A DNA stretch of 42,061 nucleotides, taken from NCBI RefSeq assembly GCF_006345805.1, contig NW_021832121.1, positions 1 through 42,061 of the forward strand, read 5' to 3'. The notes under the pieces are model-generated. The model searched no databases, was not told the origin of the DNA, and saw nothing but the letters and a program-made list of their open reading frames with translations. Positions within the stretch are counted from its first letter, which is position 1. The number at the start of each line of letters is the position of its first letter. Shown one piece after another: positions 11,321-24,614 of this stretch. A program made the position numbers and the translations under genes. The stretch is from Octopus sinensis (lineage: Eukaryota).

Positions 11321-13013
11321 AATCGGGGTAAGTCGTTGTTATTGTTATTTCTTTAGCCCTGAGTCAAACGTAACTGAACAGATGATAGCGTCCTACCTTT
11401 TTATATGTCAGGCGAACTGCATTGGAAAATGGCATGATATTTAGAAAAAAAAAAACTCGTGGGGTTTTAATGCACCACACCAGTACATGTGTTTTCCTAT
11501 GCAACAAAGTACAGTTAATGCAACCATTTCTGTTATAAAACAATTTAAATACTCGCTTTTATAGAATACAACTTTTAAAAATCTCATGGTATCACTGTGT
11601 CATGGGTAGGAAAACGTTGAAGACGGCCAATTTACAATATTCTGTGATTTTAGGGAATTTGGTTATTGATTCTAGAAAGTCGAGCAATGTGCACAGATTC
11701 CCTCGTTTTTGGAGGGGTTTGGTTAATCGATTGAATCATGTTAACATTTTGTTCGTGATTTTTATTTTTCCGATCACTGAAATATAAGATGCGAAGTAGA
11801 AACCAACGGGAATCGAACTGAGAACGTGAATAACACACGGCACTGAGTTTAGCTGTCGAGTTGGCCACGTTCGCTATCTTAATTACAACAATAATTCCAA
11901 TAATGATATTTATTAATTATTGTTCTACTAATCATACGGCTAATTACGTTTAAAGTATTCCTGGATATAAGAAAAGATGGGATGATCAACGCTGAAAGTT
12001 CTTTGATCGTATTGCTAACGACTGACTTGGGGCTAAACAGCAACAGCAGCAGCAGCAACAACAACAACAACAACACCACCACCACCAGCAACAATTATAC
12101 TTATTCGCGCAAGCGAGGAAAATTCTATGAGTTCGTTCCTTCTGCTAGAAATAATTACTAATTTCTTTTGATTAATTGGACAGAGCAATCGAAGCCATAA
12201 TCTTTAATGAAGACTAGGTAACCAAAGATGGAATATCTTTCATCATATATCTGGTCGATCAGGGCTGACCTGCAGTTAAACAACATGAACGAAAAATTAT
12301 CAGTTTTGCAATACAAATATTTCTTTCCGAGTGTTCGCATCTTTTTGCTCTCACTGTCATCCAGTATCTGCAAGCTTACATTGCATACGCATGCGCGCTT
12401 GCATGCAAATGCAAGATTTCCCCGTAGGAAGTAATGAACTCATCGCTGCAAAACAACGAAATAATGGTCAGTTTCATGTTATATCCTGCACAATACCTAC
12501 TCACACCGACATCAATTATTCTGGTTATATTAAATTACAATTGTCACTAAAAGGATACAGGCTGGCCACGAACAAACTACCCTATCAGTTCAATTCGTTC
12601 ACTCCCAGTTTCACTATTCGCAGGTGGCGTTACCGGCTATCATCCGAGTCATTATTTTAAGTGATCACGTCACCACTCAGTATCTATTATCTAAAATCCT
12701 ATTTCTTCCTATTCATTCTTACATCTGGCAATAACTGTTGGTCTGTGATTCACTGATGAGGCTTAATAAGGCCGAAAAACGAACGCTGTTGTTTTCATGT
12801 ACTGACAACATTAAACTCACTCCACTACCACTGCATTTTATTATTAATCAATTTAAATTAATTAAAACTCCGATGGTTGTCTTCCTCTGGCTTTCGTTTC
12901 ATAGAATTGGTCATTAAGATAATTATTCTTTTTTCTTTATTGCGAATATAAATTTAATTAAAATTGGTTGACAGTCATTTAACTATACATACACACATTC
13001 GCGTATGTGGGTG

Positions 13014-13059
<46 letters not shown>

Positions 13060-13859
13060 TGTTTGTAGTGTAATATATGGGTTTAGAGAATTGCCGTTTT
13101 CAGAAATAGCTCCTCTAGCGGACTCAGCTAACAGATCACATCGTAATCCAATACAAAGGAGTATAATGCAGAGTTCCATGCAGCTGGAATTCAGGAGATG
13201 CAATTGAGGAGATTACTTCATGAGGAGTGCATAAACCACAAAACGGTTAGGAGTGTGGGAGGTGAATATATTTATTTAACCACTTGTCATCCTTTGGATA
13301 TGGCCGTTTCGCGGCCTTCTTCATGTGATTATAATTTCAACGCATAATAAATTATGCTTACATGTCTGCACAAATATGCACACTACGATTGTATGATCAC
13401 AAATCAATGCAAATAAAGAAAGGAAGTTCATCATATCACCAAAACATTATGGTTACACCAATGCTTCAAGTTTAAGTATACACACAAAAGTTTCTCTTCA
13501 TAAATACAATGTATGGAAGCCTAGGATTTGATTAATAAAGATATGATGTTTCCTATCTATTAAGGAGTTGGATCAATGTTCATGGAATTGATTATGCTTA
13601 ATGTTTAGGAAAAACAAGAAGGGATAAGGAAAAGAAGTAGTTATAATAAATATAACTGAATAAATAGTATATAAAGGTACATAAAATAATATGTAAAATA
13701 ATTTAACAGGGAACAGACAGCCGGAAATATAAAGATTACACCAAGAGATTGAACAATGATAATAATTTTTAATGAGTCTAGGTCAAAACACCAAACATAA
13801 AAGCTTATGGACCTTAATTTTAGAATATATGCATATTTTCTCTCCTTGTTTCTCTCCTT

Positions 13860-13985
13860 ATTTTTTCTGTGTCCCTTTCTGTAGAAGAGCGTAGGCTCGA
13901 AACGTAAAAGACTTTTTCTATTCCTGAGCGTTATACTAATACATCTGTTTGTTTTGTACACCACATGTTTTCTTTCGTAAACTCT

Positions 13986-13988
<3 letters not shown>
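13860..13988 (+). mobile_element. PLE pseudo-LTR fragment with a minimal hammerhead-like motif (13875-13910)
   Basis: cttt-CTGTAGA-agagc-gtag-gctc-GAAAC-GTA-aaag; ends in (TA)n; near-identical minus-strand copy at 39628-39800. Confidence 0.65.
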
Positions 13989-14026
<38 letters not shown>

Positions 14027-14231
14027 TGAATGAGTGGACATACGAAAGAAGAGTACTCAACATATTTATTGGGAGTTACATGTATGGATCAAAACAGTTT
14101 GATTCAAATTCCTTGGTACTTAAAATTTCAAAGTATAAGATGCCTATCCCCAGTCACTTTCAAATTTCCAAAAGAATTGTGATTACACAACACATTAATT
14201 TTTCAGTTACATTTTAGCGGACATAATTTAA

Positions 14232-15260
14232 TATATAGTGTATACGTGTAAAGTAATTTCTGAAGGACAGGTGTATTTCTGTATAGGTGCTAGCGAGACC
14301 TTTATTAAATGTAGAATAATTAATCATGAACTATCATTTAGGGATAAAACTAAGAGCAATATTACGAGTTTAAATATATTATTCTGGTCGCATACACAAT
14401 TAGCTGGAAGATAATTAGTAGAGCTAAACCATATAGTAGTGGGGGCAAGCCTTGTGAACCGTGTGTCGAAGAAATTAACCAAATTCTTACCTAAAAATTT
14501 AAATTGATAAGCCATAGACAGGAAAGCGCGTTAAGATGTGTTCACCAATTGTGATATACCTTTAAGAGGTTTAAATAGTTGCATAATATGAACCACTAAA
14601 ATCAGAATTTGAATTAAGTAAATTATAACAAGTAACGAACATAAATTAAACTGGGATTTTTTTACAGTTGAAAACGAAGTTTAAGTTGAATAAAGTTAAC
14701 TACAAGAAAAATGAAATTAATTTTTCAAAATAACAAGAAAATAATAGACCCATAGTTTAATAATAATATTAACATCATCAAACCAAAAAATAATTTAATA
14801 CATTTGAAAAAAATAGGAATACTACTCTATATAGGTGGAATGATAAGCTAGAATAGGAATTAAGAACCATAGGAAAATTCTTGAGTACTGACCTAATTTA
14901 AGATAAGGTAACAATAAATTTCGGAGTGGCCAGTGTAATATAAAGTTAACAAAATATTTGACTAATTTCAGAAATTTTTAGTGATTAGTTTTTTGACTAA
15001 TTTTAGTAACGCTAACACCACATTAAAAATGAATTCGGACCAAGCTTATACTCTCTTCAGATAATACCCGACCAACAGTTAAAGTGGACCCTGATGAAGT
15101 TATACTGATAATTAACACAAAAATGCACATTTAACAGTGTGCACCGACTATCAGCAGAAACGTGCGTAGGTCTTGACGAAGAAAGATGTGATCAACTGTA
15201 GAATAAAACTTGGATGTGCAAATCTCTGTTCTCCTGATGTTAATTTCATTTTTTTCTCTA
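14232..15260 (+). mobile_element. Degenerate Naiad-type PLE 3' end (GIY-YIG endonuclease plus pseudo-LTR)
   Basis: YIVYTCKV...YFCIGASETFIKCRIINHELSFR, then WKIISRAKPYSSGGKPCEPCVEE and HRQESALRCVH; same motif order as the element at 36460-36892; HHR downstream. Confidence 0.75.
15087..15172 (+). ncRNA. Type I hammerhead ribozyme motif with extended helix II
   Basis: gacc-CTGATGA-[ctgata..tgcaca..tgtgca..tatcag]-GAAAC-gtgc-GTA-ggtc; helix I gacc/ggtc. Confidence 0.65.
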
Positions 15261-15608
15261 CAGAAGCTATGCAGTCCTTATAAGGACATTTGGATTTACC
15301 AAGTGATTATTAACCGAGTATAATAAATTTTGTCTAACTGAGTATATCTATATTCGCTGTGGTTAAGTAGCATTGACAACCGATAAGAGCGAACACAGTA
15401 TCCGCTAGTATTATATATACCTCTTAACCATATATATATATGTGTGTATGTGTGTGTACATATATATATATATATACATATATACATGTGTGTGTGTGTA
15501 TATATAGAAATAGATAGATATAGACATACCTGTCTTCGTCTGCGTTTTTCTATAAATTTCAACTATGTACACACACACACACACACACACACATACATAT
15601 ATACATAC

Positions 15609-15691
<83 letters not shown>

Positions 15692-15694
<3 letters not shown>

Positions 15695-16467
15695 AGTAAT
15701 TTATTCAATAAAATTGCCATTGGCTTCAACCACGGCCTCCAGACGACTTCGGAATCTCCAGCAACTCTTCTGGACGGTCTCCTTGTTTAAGTTGGTGAAT
15801 GCTGCGATAATGCTTGCCTTCAGTTTATCTTTGGTGTAACAAGGAGTTTTGTTGGTCTCTCGCTCAACTGCGCCTCACACAGTAATGAAGGGGGTTGCAG
15901 CCTGGGGAGTTAGGTAGTCAGATGTTAGGGGTGATGTGGTCGCAGAAATTGTCTGACAGCCCATGAATGGATATACCTGCTTGTGTGGCATGGTGTAGAG
16001 TCCTGTTGCCAGACACTAGTGTCTTCCAGCAGTCACTCTTTTGACCCAGGGCAGCACTACCTCCTCCAGGCACTTGATGTAGGCCTCCATATTGAGTCTG
16101 AGGCGGTGTGGGGAAAATAAATAGAGGCATAACGTTGCCATCACTAGTGATCACTCCAAACACCTTGATGTTGACTGGATGTTTGATGTTTTATCTCTCT
16201 TGGTACATCTCAAATTACACTGTTCTCAGATTGACACCCAAACACTCTGAAATGTTCGTATTGGAGCTTCCGGCGCGAATGCCAAGCAGTTCAACATGTT
16301 GTTTCCAAATTTCTGGCTGAGTGAATTCCATCATGGTGCTGTTTTTCTCACAGACAGTGCCCAACTGACCCTACCATACTGTGTAGTCAACAAATTCAAA
16401 AGCAAAAAATATGCATGTACGAACTTAAAAATATAAAATAGTGACAATTTACCCATCGCACCCTGTA
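15692..16467 (-). mobile_element. Tc1/mariner (maT/DD37D-like) element, internally deleted
   Basis: VFGVITSDGNVMP...LSDNFCDHITPNI-PNSP-CNP...VERETNKTPC...[10 protein letters not shown]; 5' TIR-like end TACAGGGTGCGATGGGTAAATTGTCAC at 16441-16467. Confidence 0.85.
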
Positions 16468-16469
16468 TC

Positions 16470-16513
<44 letters not shown>

Positions 16514-16548
16514 CACGCACACACGCACACACACACACACACACACAG

Positions 16549-16585
<37 letters not shown>

Positions 16586-17149
16586 CATTTACATGTGTGT
16601 GTGTGTGGTGTGAGTAAGAGTGTATGCATAAATTTTCTGTGTTTAAGTACCTCGAATCTAGCCTGTTATGAAGTTGTTGGTTTCTCACCAAAAGAAAACA
16701 TCCTTCAATGGAAACTAGAGGACACCCACATTGTAGAGTTACACACTAAAATTTAGAAAATTCTTCTCAGAAAATATTGTTTATGTTGAAATTCATATTT
16801 CCAACATTTGTAGGGAAGGGGATTCTGTTTTTTTTTTGTTTGCTTTTGTTTTTGGATATTACGCTTAATGCAAAGATAGATTTCGTAAGCGAATCATGGT
16901 ATATATAAACCAATAGCTTGGTAACAGCTTTTAGTCGGTTGCTGATCATTGCTTATTAATGCTGTTGCATAAAGAACAGTGTTCGACAACTTGATTTATT
17001 TGTTTGCTATAAGAAAGATATTGACCTAGATACTGCAAAACGCCCTCTTAACTCCGTATTTGTACTAACACTAGTGATTTGATACTTATAAAGAAGCTTG
17101 AGTATATGGAGTAACTTAACGATAAGGAGTTGACCGTACAATTTCCTGT

Positions 17150-17470
17150 AATTCAGATCATCTCATGGCCCCAACAGATAAAAATGGAAAAGGCGTTCCC
17201 CGAAGGATGGCAAGAGAGATGCACTGGAACATTTGCGGACAGCCATCTCCGCCCCGATATCGGCGAACAGGGATATGATCCGCGGACCAAGAACGCCGGG
17301 GGTCTCCACTGTCAGAGGCTCGACCATAAGCCTGTCAGCTCAAGTGACTCAAATGAAATTTTCGGTAGCATCTTGCGAATTAAAGAGCTTCACTAACTCT
17401 GCATCGCTCTCAAATTACAATAAAAATACCCATGGACAACGTTTTGTTGATATGTCGACCTTACTTTAGA
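17150..17470 (-). mobile_element. CRE-type non-LTR retrotransposon 3' remnant (restriction-like endonuclease)
   Basis: Minus strand VEPLTVETPGVLGP...FADIG followed, with frameshifts, by QCISLAILRGNAFSI; matches the P-x-x-x-E-T-x-G and QRISLAIQRGNA pattern of CRE-like RLE domains. Confidence 0.6.
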
Positions 17471-17622
17471 ACACGTTACTGATACTGTTTATTTTTGTTG
17501 TTTAGCAAGTACTGACTCAGAGATATGACATTCAGTGGACGAGAAGTCTATTCTTAGAATTCTGTTTCTGTCTTAAGCGATTGAAATAATCTGCCATTAT
17601 CACGGTACGTGTCAGTGCTTGC

Positions 17623-17653
<31 letters not shown>

Positions 17654-18281
17654 TGTATGTATGTATGTATGTATGTCATTATTCAGTTTTATTTCAAGAT
17701 TTCTTGTCAATAGAGAAAGAGCCGGTTTCTAATCTAGATTCAAAGCTCCTTATTGGAATTTCAACATCAACACCAGGGTATGTATGTATGTATGTATGTA
17801 TGTATGTATGTATGTATGTATGTATGTATGTATGTATGTATGTATGTATGCATGCATGTATGTGTGAATGTATATGTGCTGATTTTTATGTTTTGCTTTA
17901 TGTATGTATTCTCATGCTTATAGTTGCATATCTAGACATGCTCATATATATTTAAATGAGAAACTTCTGGAAAGTTTTACAGATTTTTACAGTTCCAGTA
18001 ATGGATTAGATCTGTAGTCTTCGAATTTGCATTCTCCTTTCTGCTGTTGGGAAGCGTAATATCTCAAGATTATTATTTAGGCAGTGTGTTACATATGTAT
18101 GTCTGTCTGTATGTATGTATGTATGTATGTATGTATGTATGTATGTATGTATGTATGTATGTATGTATGTACGTATGTATGTAGGTTATGAGAGGTAATG
18201 GTGTCATTGAGACCCAAAGGTTTCATGTAATGCTGAATAAGTGCTATAGATGGACCACAGTCTTAACCATTCTCTCACACC

Positions 18282-18329
18282 GTCTCCGATGAAGTGGTAT
18301 AATAAATATCTTGGAAACAGCTGTAAGAC
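18282..18329 (+). ncRNA. Type I hammerhead ribozyme motif (C at core position 4) in a PLE pseudo-LTR fragment
   Basis: gtct-CCGATGA-..ggtat aataa atatc..-GAAAC-agct-GTA-agac; helix I gtct/agac, palindromic ACAGCTGT. Confidence 0.6.
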
Positions 18330-19499
18330 CTATTTATAAATGTTCTAAGCCTTGGGTTTTTTTCATCTCATTACGAAATAAAAATTTTTATGTATGTATG
18401 TATATATGTGTGCATAATATTTGTTTGAGTTTTATTTAGTTCTTGAGAGAGCTCAAGCTGGTCGCTAACAGAGCGACGACACTTTTTCAGTTAAGAGAGT
18501 TCCTGGTGTTTGAGTTGGTGTGTTTGTTAGAGTGTCGTTGCACACACCGAAATGTGTGCATCTATTCACATAAGAATATCAGAAGGAGAATCTTTGGAAT
18601 GTGTTACAAATCCTCACTATATCACTAATAGACTGTATTTGGAGAACCTGCGTTAGTTTCACTTGCACTTGCTCCGTGAAACTGAGGTCTCTTTTAGCGT
18701 CCATCTACCAAATCTACCTACAAGGCTTTGGTCGACCCGAGGCTATAGCACAAAACACTATAGCACAAAACACTTGCCCAAAATGCCACGCAGCTAGACT
18801 GAACCTGAAACCACATCGCTCTGAAGCGAACTTCTAAATCCGATGCATAAATGATATAATTTTAACTCATAAACTGGCACGTATTAGGTGAAAGTTCTTC
18901 ATTTCTCGAAATTCAACATTACTTGGAAAACATGACGAGGAGAGTGAGAAGGAAGAGTATGATAAAGGAAGGAGTAAGTGCCAATTAAATGAAATTTCGA
19001 AATCAGTATGTGATAGAGATGGAGGTGGGGCGTATGCATTGAGTGACAGCAATGGTATTTACTAGCGGAGAGAGAAGAGGAGAAATAAGACGGGTGTAAG
19101 ATACGCGCTGTCTTCAACAGCAGCAACATAAGTACTATTATTTCCTATTATTATTACCCTCACCACCACAACTATCGCGGATATAAACATTAACCATACA
19201 ATCATTAACATATAACAATAATAACAATAATAAACTAATAAACACGTTCACCAAAATATAAGCATCACACACAAGTAAATCGCATTAACGAATAACATTC
19301 CACCATACATAGATTGTCATTTAAATATCACAAAATTTTAGACAGTGATACCCCAAATGAATAGGAGACTTCAGGGGGAATATAAATAAAAAGCTGTATA
19401 AGGAATTACTTCTGGAAACACGCAGAGCCAGCTGGAGAGACGAAACCCCTTCCCCTCCATAGGTATAAGGACAGGGATCCTTTCTTATTTTCCCCTCTC

Positions 19500-21110
19500 T
19501 TATTGAACAAGGCCATAGTCAAAATAGGTAGGGCGAATGCACGTGGGCTAGGACCACCTTGGAAGCTAAGGCATCTGCTCAATGAACAGACTAGTTGCTG
19601 TTTATGCTCCTTCAAGGACAGAACAGCCAGATTTCTCCAGGTGTCTGAAGGTTTTCCTAGGAAAATTCCGCCCTTTAGTGCATTAGCACTAAGTCAAACG
19701 CTATCTTAGATGCGTGTTTGGACTGTTCGGGACTATCTGAAAGGACAGGTAGCACAAAACCTTTCAAATCTGCTCCAAGTATCTGACAGGTACCAACTGG
19801 ATTTTTCGAATGTGCCATTGTGATCATAGACAAAATACATCGGGTCATCCATATCGCATCACACTAGTGTGCTATGGAGGCCTGTAGCCGATAAGGGTAG
19901 CATAGCTTGCCCACAGTTTATAATCGACAGCTACCCAGGCCACAAATTCATAATTTGTGCGGGCAATATAGGCTTCCTCCAGGTAGACAAAGCTTAGGGA
20001 GACCAGATTAACGAACTAGTTAAGCGGTCGTGGACGAGAGCAGTCATCAACAACAAATGATGGGCGCCCTGAAAAGGTAATTAGAGTAGAATCGATTACT
20101 TTTAGTAAGGTCGTAGTGACAGAGAAAAGCAGAATCGGAGAAACTTAGAAACTTAGAAGAGACGCTTACAAAGGAATCGCAACCGACGTACTCGCAGCAA
20201 GATTAGCTTTCGACCAATTCTTCAACGCGAAGTACGATGGCTACTTTGTCAGAACTAAGGCGCGTGCTCTAAAACACAAGGTGACGAAAGCTGTTCGGGG
20301 CCGAAGTGGCAGAGGCACAACGTTGCAACAAAATCACAATTCGGTCTTTGGCGGACGGACTATAACGGGCGTGTGTTATTCCATCTCGAAGCAGATGAGT
20401 ACGGCTTTTCAGCAGCACTTCGAGCAACTGTTTGCCTATATCAGCGGCTTGCCTCGACTCTCGGTAAGAGAAACGAAATGTTGCGAAAAGCCGATAACAA
20501 CCGTGGAAGTGCGGGAAATGAGAACTGATTAAACGAGGTGGGGGTTAACAAATCACCTGTTTTGGTTGATCTGCTCTACGAACATTACTTTTATATGCTA
20601 GACATGTTTGGAGACCTCTTGGCAAAGATCTACCGCAACTGGCAGCACAATGGGAGAATTCTCAATCCCGTGAGTCAAGGAACGATGATGCTCCTAACAA
20701 AGGACCCAAACAAGGTGGAACACAGTGATATTTTCGGCCTATAATTCTGTTAATCGCAGATTTCAAAGTTTGGGCCAAAGTGTTAGCCAAGAAGTTCGCG
20801 CTGGTCGATGGTCTAATTGGTGATACGCAAATATGCACTATCTCGAACAGATCTATGCACGACAACTTTTATCTTATGGAATGCATCATAGAGAAGGTAG
20901 GTAAAAACCTATAATGGATGAGGGCCTTATCAATTTAGATCAATCGAAACCTTTCGATAGAGTCTATAAAAAATTTTTCCAGCTGTTCTCAGCCGGTTTC
21001 GATCCCATTTTCCGTGGATGGATTGCTGCAGAGTACAGTGACATTCGCTCAGTAGTAAGAGTGAATGATCTCCCAGAAGAACCAGTTAATATCTTGCTTT
21101 TTATCCGTCA
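19500..21110 (+). mobile_element. Degenerate L1/Tx1-clade LINE ORF2 (APE endonuclease plus RT), 3' end truncated
   Basis: KIGRANARGL, LVAVYAP, RPIILLIADFKVWAKVLAK, LINLDQSKPFDRV motifs, with many disruptions. Confidence 0.85.
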
Positions 21111-21238
21111 TGTTGGTGTGCTTACGTCCCCGTAACTTAACGGTTCGGCAAAAGGGACCGATAGAATAAGTACCAGGCTTAGAAATAATAAGTACTGGGG
21201 TCAATTCATTCGACTAACAAATTCTTCAAGGCTGTGCC

Positions 21239-22093
21239 CAGCGGTTGTAAAAGATTAATTGATGAAAAATTAATTGCAATATATTGGTCGAATTAATTGG
21301 TTGGAATCGTACTCCCAATTAAATAATTGATTGTTATCATATCAATTAATTGCAGTTCATTGCAACAACATTGTCAGCGAAAGTTTTTCAAATGGCTCAT
21401 AATTCATTCATCGTTCAACTGGAAAATACAACGATCTATTATTATTATTTGAGGCATTGAGTTGACGCTTTGCTAGGATTGCTGAGAACGATTCACACAT
21501 TCTGTCGTGCTTAGGAATTGACTATTGTGTATGTTGTCAAGTGTCGATGCTTGATTTAGACTGCTGAGAATGATATACATTCTATCATGCTTTGGATTTG
21601 TCTATTGTGTATCTTGTCAAATAACTGCTGTCGAGTGCTGACGCTTGGTTAGGACTGCCGAGAATGATTAAAAAATTCTGTCGTTTTGAGGAATTGGCTA
21701 TTGTGTATTTTGTCAAATAATCGCTGTCGAGCGATTCTTGGTTTTGACTGCCGAGAATGATTCAAATATTTTTTTCAATAAATCGTATGTAGAGTATAAA
21801 TGTTGTTTATTCCCTATTCTAAATCAATAAAATTGAGCTTTGAACGTTTTCTGATAATAAAGATTTTGAAACTATAAGACGTACCTTTTATTTTCCTATC
21901 CCTTTGGCTCTTATCTAAATCGAAGCTAACACTCCAGAATATATCGTGTGTTTACGTTCGGCAAAATAATTGACAATTAATTGCAATTAATTGCAATTAA
22001 TTGCAATAATTGATTGACCTGTATCTCAATTAAAATTGATTGCTAGGAAAAAAATTGCTTGAAAATGTTCCAATCAATTATTTACAACTCCTA
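21239..22093. mobile_element. Non-autonomous hAT-type DNA transposon (MITE), 855 bp, inserted in a SINE
   Basis: 8-bp TSD gctgtgcc (21231-21238 and 22094-22101); imperfect TIRs CAGCGGTTGTAAA / TAGGAGTTGTAAA; subterminal AATTAATTGC arrays; the SINE resumes after the TSD. Confidence 0.8.
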
Positions 22094-22401
22094 GCTGTGC
22101 CCCAGCATGGCCACAATCTAATGACTGAAGCAATTAAAAGATAAACGATGTATACACACACACACATGTACATACATTTGTACATATGTATGTATCTACA
22201 CAACACATACACAGGCACATACTTATGCGCAGGCAGTGTACAGATGACACAGCTGTAAAAATAAATGTATACATATACATCACAATGGCTAAAACTAAGT
22301 TACATAAACACAGATTGATGAAAAAACAAAATTATCGTTCTGTCAGAGTTTTCCACTTTGAAACTAAAGTTTTAGTCCAGCGAGCAAGTGGGTGAGTGAG
22401 T

Positions 22402-22502
<101 letters not shown>

Positions 22503-22611
22503 AGTGTTTTCGTATTTCAGCTAAATTGTTATTTCACTTTCTCTTGTCTGCTCTGGAGTGCTACATATATTCATACATGCATACACTCATACACGCACAC
22601 GCACGCACACA

Positions 22612-22655
<44 letters not shown>

Positions 22656-22667
22656 GACATATATATA

Positions 22668-23773
22668 TCTTTATTATATATATAAAACTGAAAATGTGTG
22701 TGTGTGTGTGTCTGTCTGTCTGTCTGTGTATTTCCCTAAAACTTGAGAACTACACAACCAATTTCATTCAAATTTTACACATGCCTTACTTAGGGTCCGG
22801 GGAGTGTCACTGGCAATATCATATCTTCTCCACTACGATTCCCTAAAACTTGAGAACTACACAACCAATTCCATTCAAATTTTACACATGCCTTACTTAG
22901 GATCCATGTAGTTTCATGGGCAAAAAAAAATGTTCAACGTCTTGCCTAGGGCGAGCCCATAGCAATATCATATCTTCTCCACTATTTCAGTATTACGTGT
23001 TAAAAGTGAAACAAAAACGTTTCTCTATTTTATGTCAGATACTTTCACTTTAACAATAAAAATAATAATAACAATTGAATTATATGCAGTAAGTAATAAT
23101 TAAAATCAAACTAAAGTAACATGACAAAAGTAAAAATAGCAATTGGTATAAAATTGCATCAATGATTTGAACTTGAATAAGTGGTTTTACATGCAGAAAG
23201 ATTAGCATGCAGAAATGGAATAGTCCAGATGGATAATAAAAAATTAAATTAAAGAAAAGACTATTGTCTATGAAGTATACAATGTAGAGAAAAAAAAAGA
23301 TTTGAACACATGGAGGAAAGCACCTTCGAAAAGTGTCTTGGTGCGACTATGAAAGGTATCTAATCAGAGGCGGTAAATTCGCCACAATAGAAGCAAGGTT
23401 CGAGTCAACGGAGCGTGCAAGGGAGTACTCAACTCGAACTTGCAAAGTGGAAATATTTTATATCTGGGAAAAAATTAAAAATGCCCCCCCGCCCCGAAGT
23501 AGAGGTAGGCTGGATTGTAGCCACACTTCTATACAAGAGGGAGGACAAGATACAATTGATCGAAATTACAAGAGACGGGCTAACAATTCCAGTCTGTTAT
23601 ATATTTTGAGTATTGTTATCACTAGCAATATCAAGATATAACTTTTTATTTTGTATTTTATGTATAGAAGTATATATATATAGATGTACATGTAATATGT
23701 ACACACATATATATATACACATATATACATGCACTAGCACTATGACCCGGCAACGACGGGTCTTTAATGCTAG
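22668..23773 (+). mobile_element. Non-autonomous Helitron-like element
   Basis: Starts A|TCTTTATTATATATATAAAA followed by (TG)/(TCTG)n; 3' hairpin gacccg-gcaacga-cgggtc (23744-23762) 7 nt before the terminal CTAG; internal direct duplication; no TSD. Confidence 0.7.
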
Positions 23774-24298
23774 CATTAAATATATCTTTTATCTTTCACT
23801 CGTTTCAGTCATTAGACTGCAGCCATGCTGGAGCATCGCTTTGAAAAATCTTTAGTCAATTGATTCGACAGCAGTACTTATTGTCTTTAAACCTGGTAAA
23901 TATTTTATCGGCCACTTCTGCCGAGCCCTTACGTTACGGGGACGTAAAGACAAGTAGCTGGGAACAAATACAGATACAAAGACTTACGCGTATACACACA
24001 CATACATACATACGACATGGCTCTTTCGGTTCAGATTGTGTATATATATATTATATAAATAGATTATATATATATAAACATATATGTGTGTGTGTGTTTT
24101 GTCCCCCTACCATCACTTGACCACCGATGCTGGTGTGTTTACGCCCCCGTAACTTAGCGGTTCGGCAAAAGAGATTGATAGAATCAGTACTAGGTTTAGA
24201 AAGAATAAGTCCTGGGGTCGAATTGTTCGACTAAAAGCACTGCCCCAGCATGGCCGCAGTCAAATGACTGAAACAAGTAATAGAGTAAAAGAGTATAT

Positions 24299-24341
<43 letters not shown>

Positions 24342-24570
24342 ATTATATATATATATATAATATATATATATATATTATATATATATATAACATATACCAT
24401 ATATATCATATATAATATAAATATTATATATTATATAATATACAAAATATATATCATACGATATACAATATTATCCCTAATATATATTATATATAAATAA
24501 TGCATTTGTATTATATATCTAATATATACTATATAATGTATACATATTGTCTATATAAACATTATATAAG

Positions 24571-24614
<44 letters not shown>

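Noticed and set aside
12223-12367. 145-bp phase 0 to 1 open segment as a possible CIB exon
   Set aside because: Weak donor (gttacc), no CIB similarity, and it overlaps a SINE tail (gatcagggctgacc).
21460-21765. Regularly spaced repeats as a CRISPR-like array
   Set aside because: The units are whole diverged tandem copies without unique spacers, inside a eukaryotic MITE, with no cas genes.
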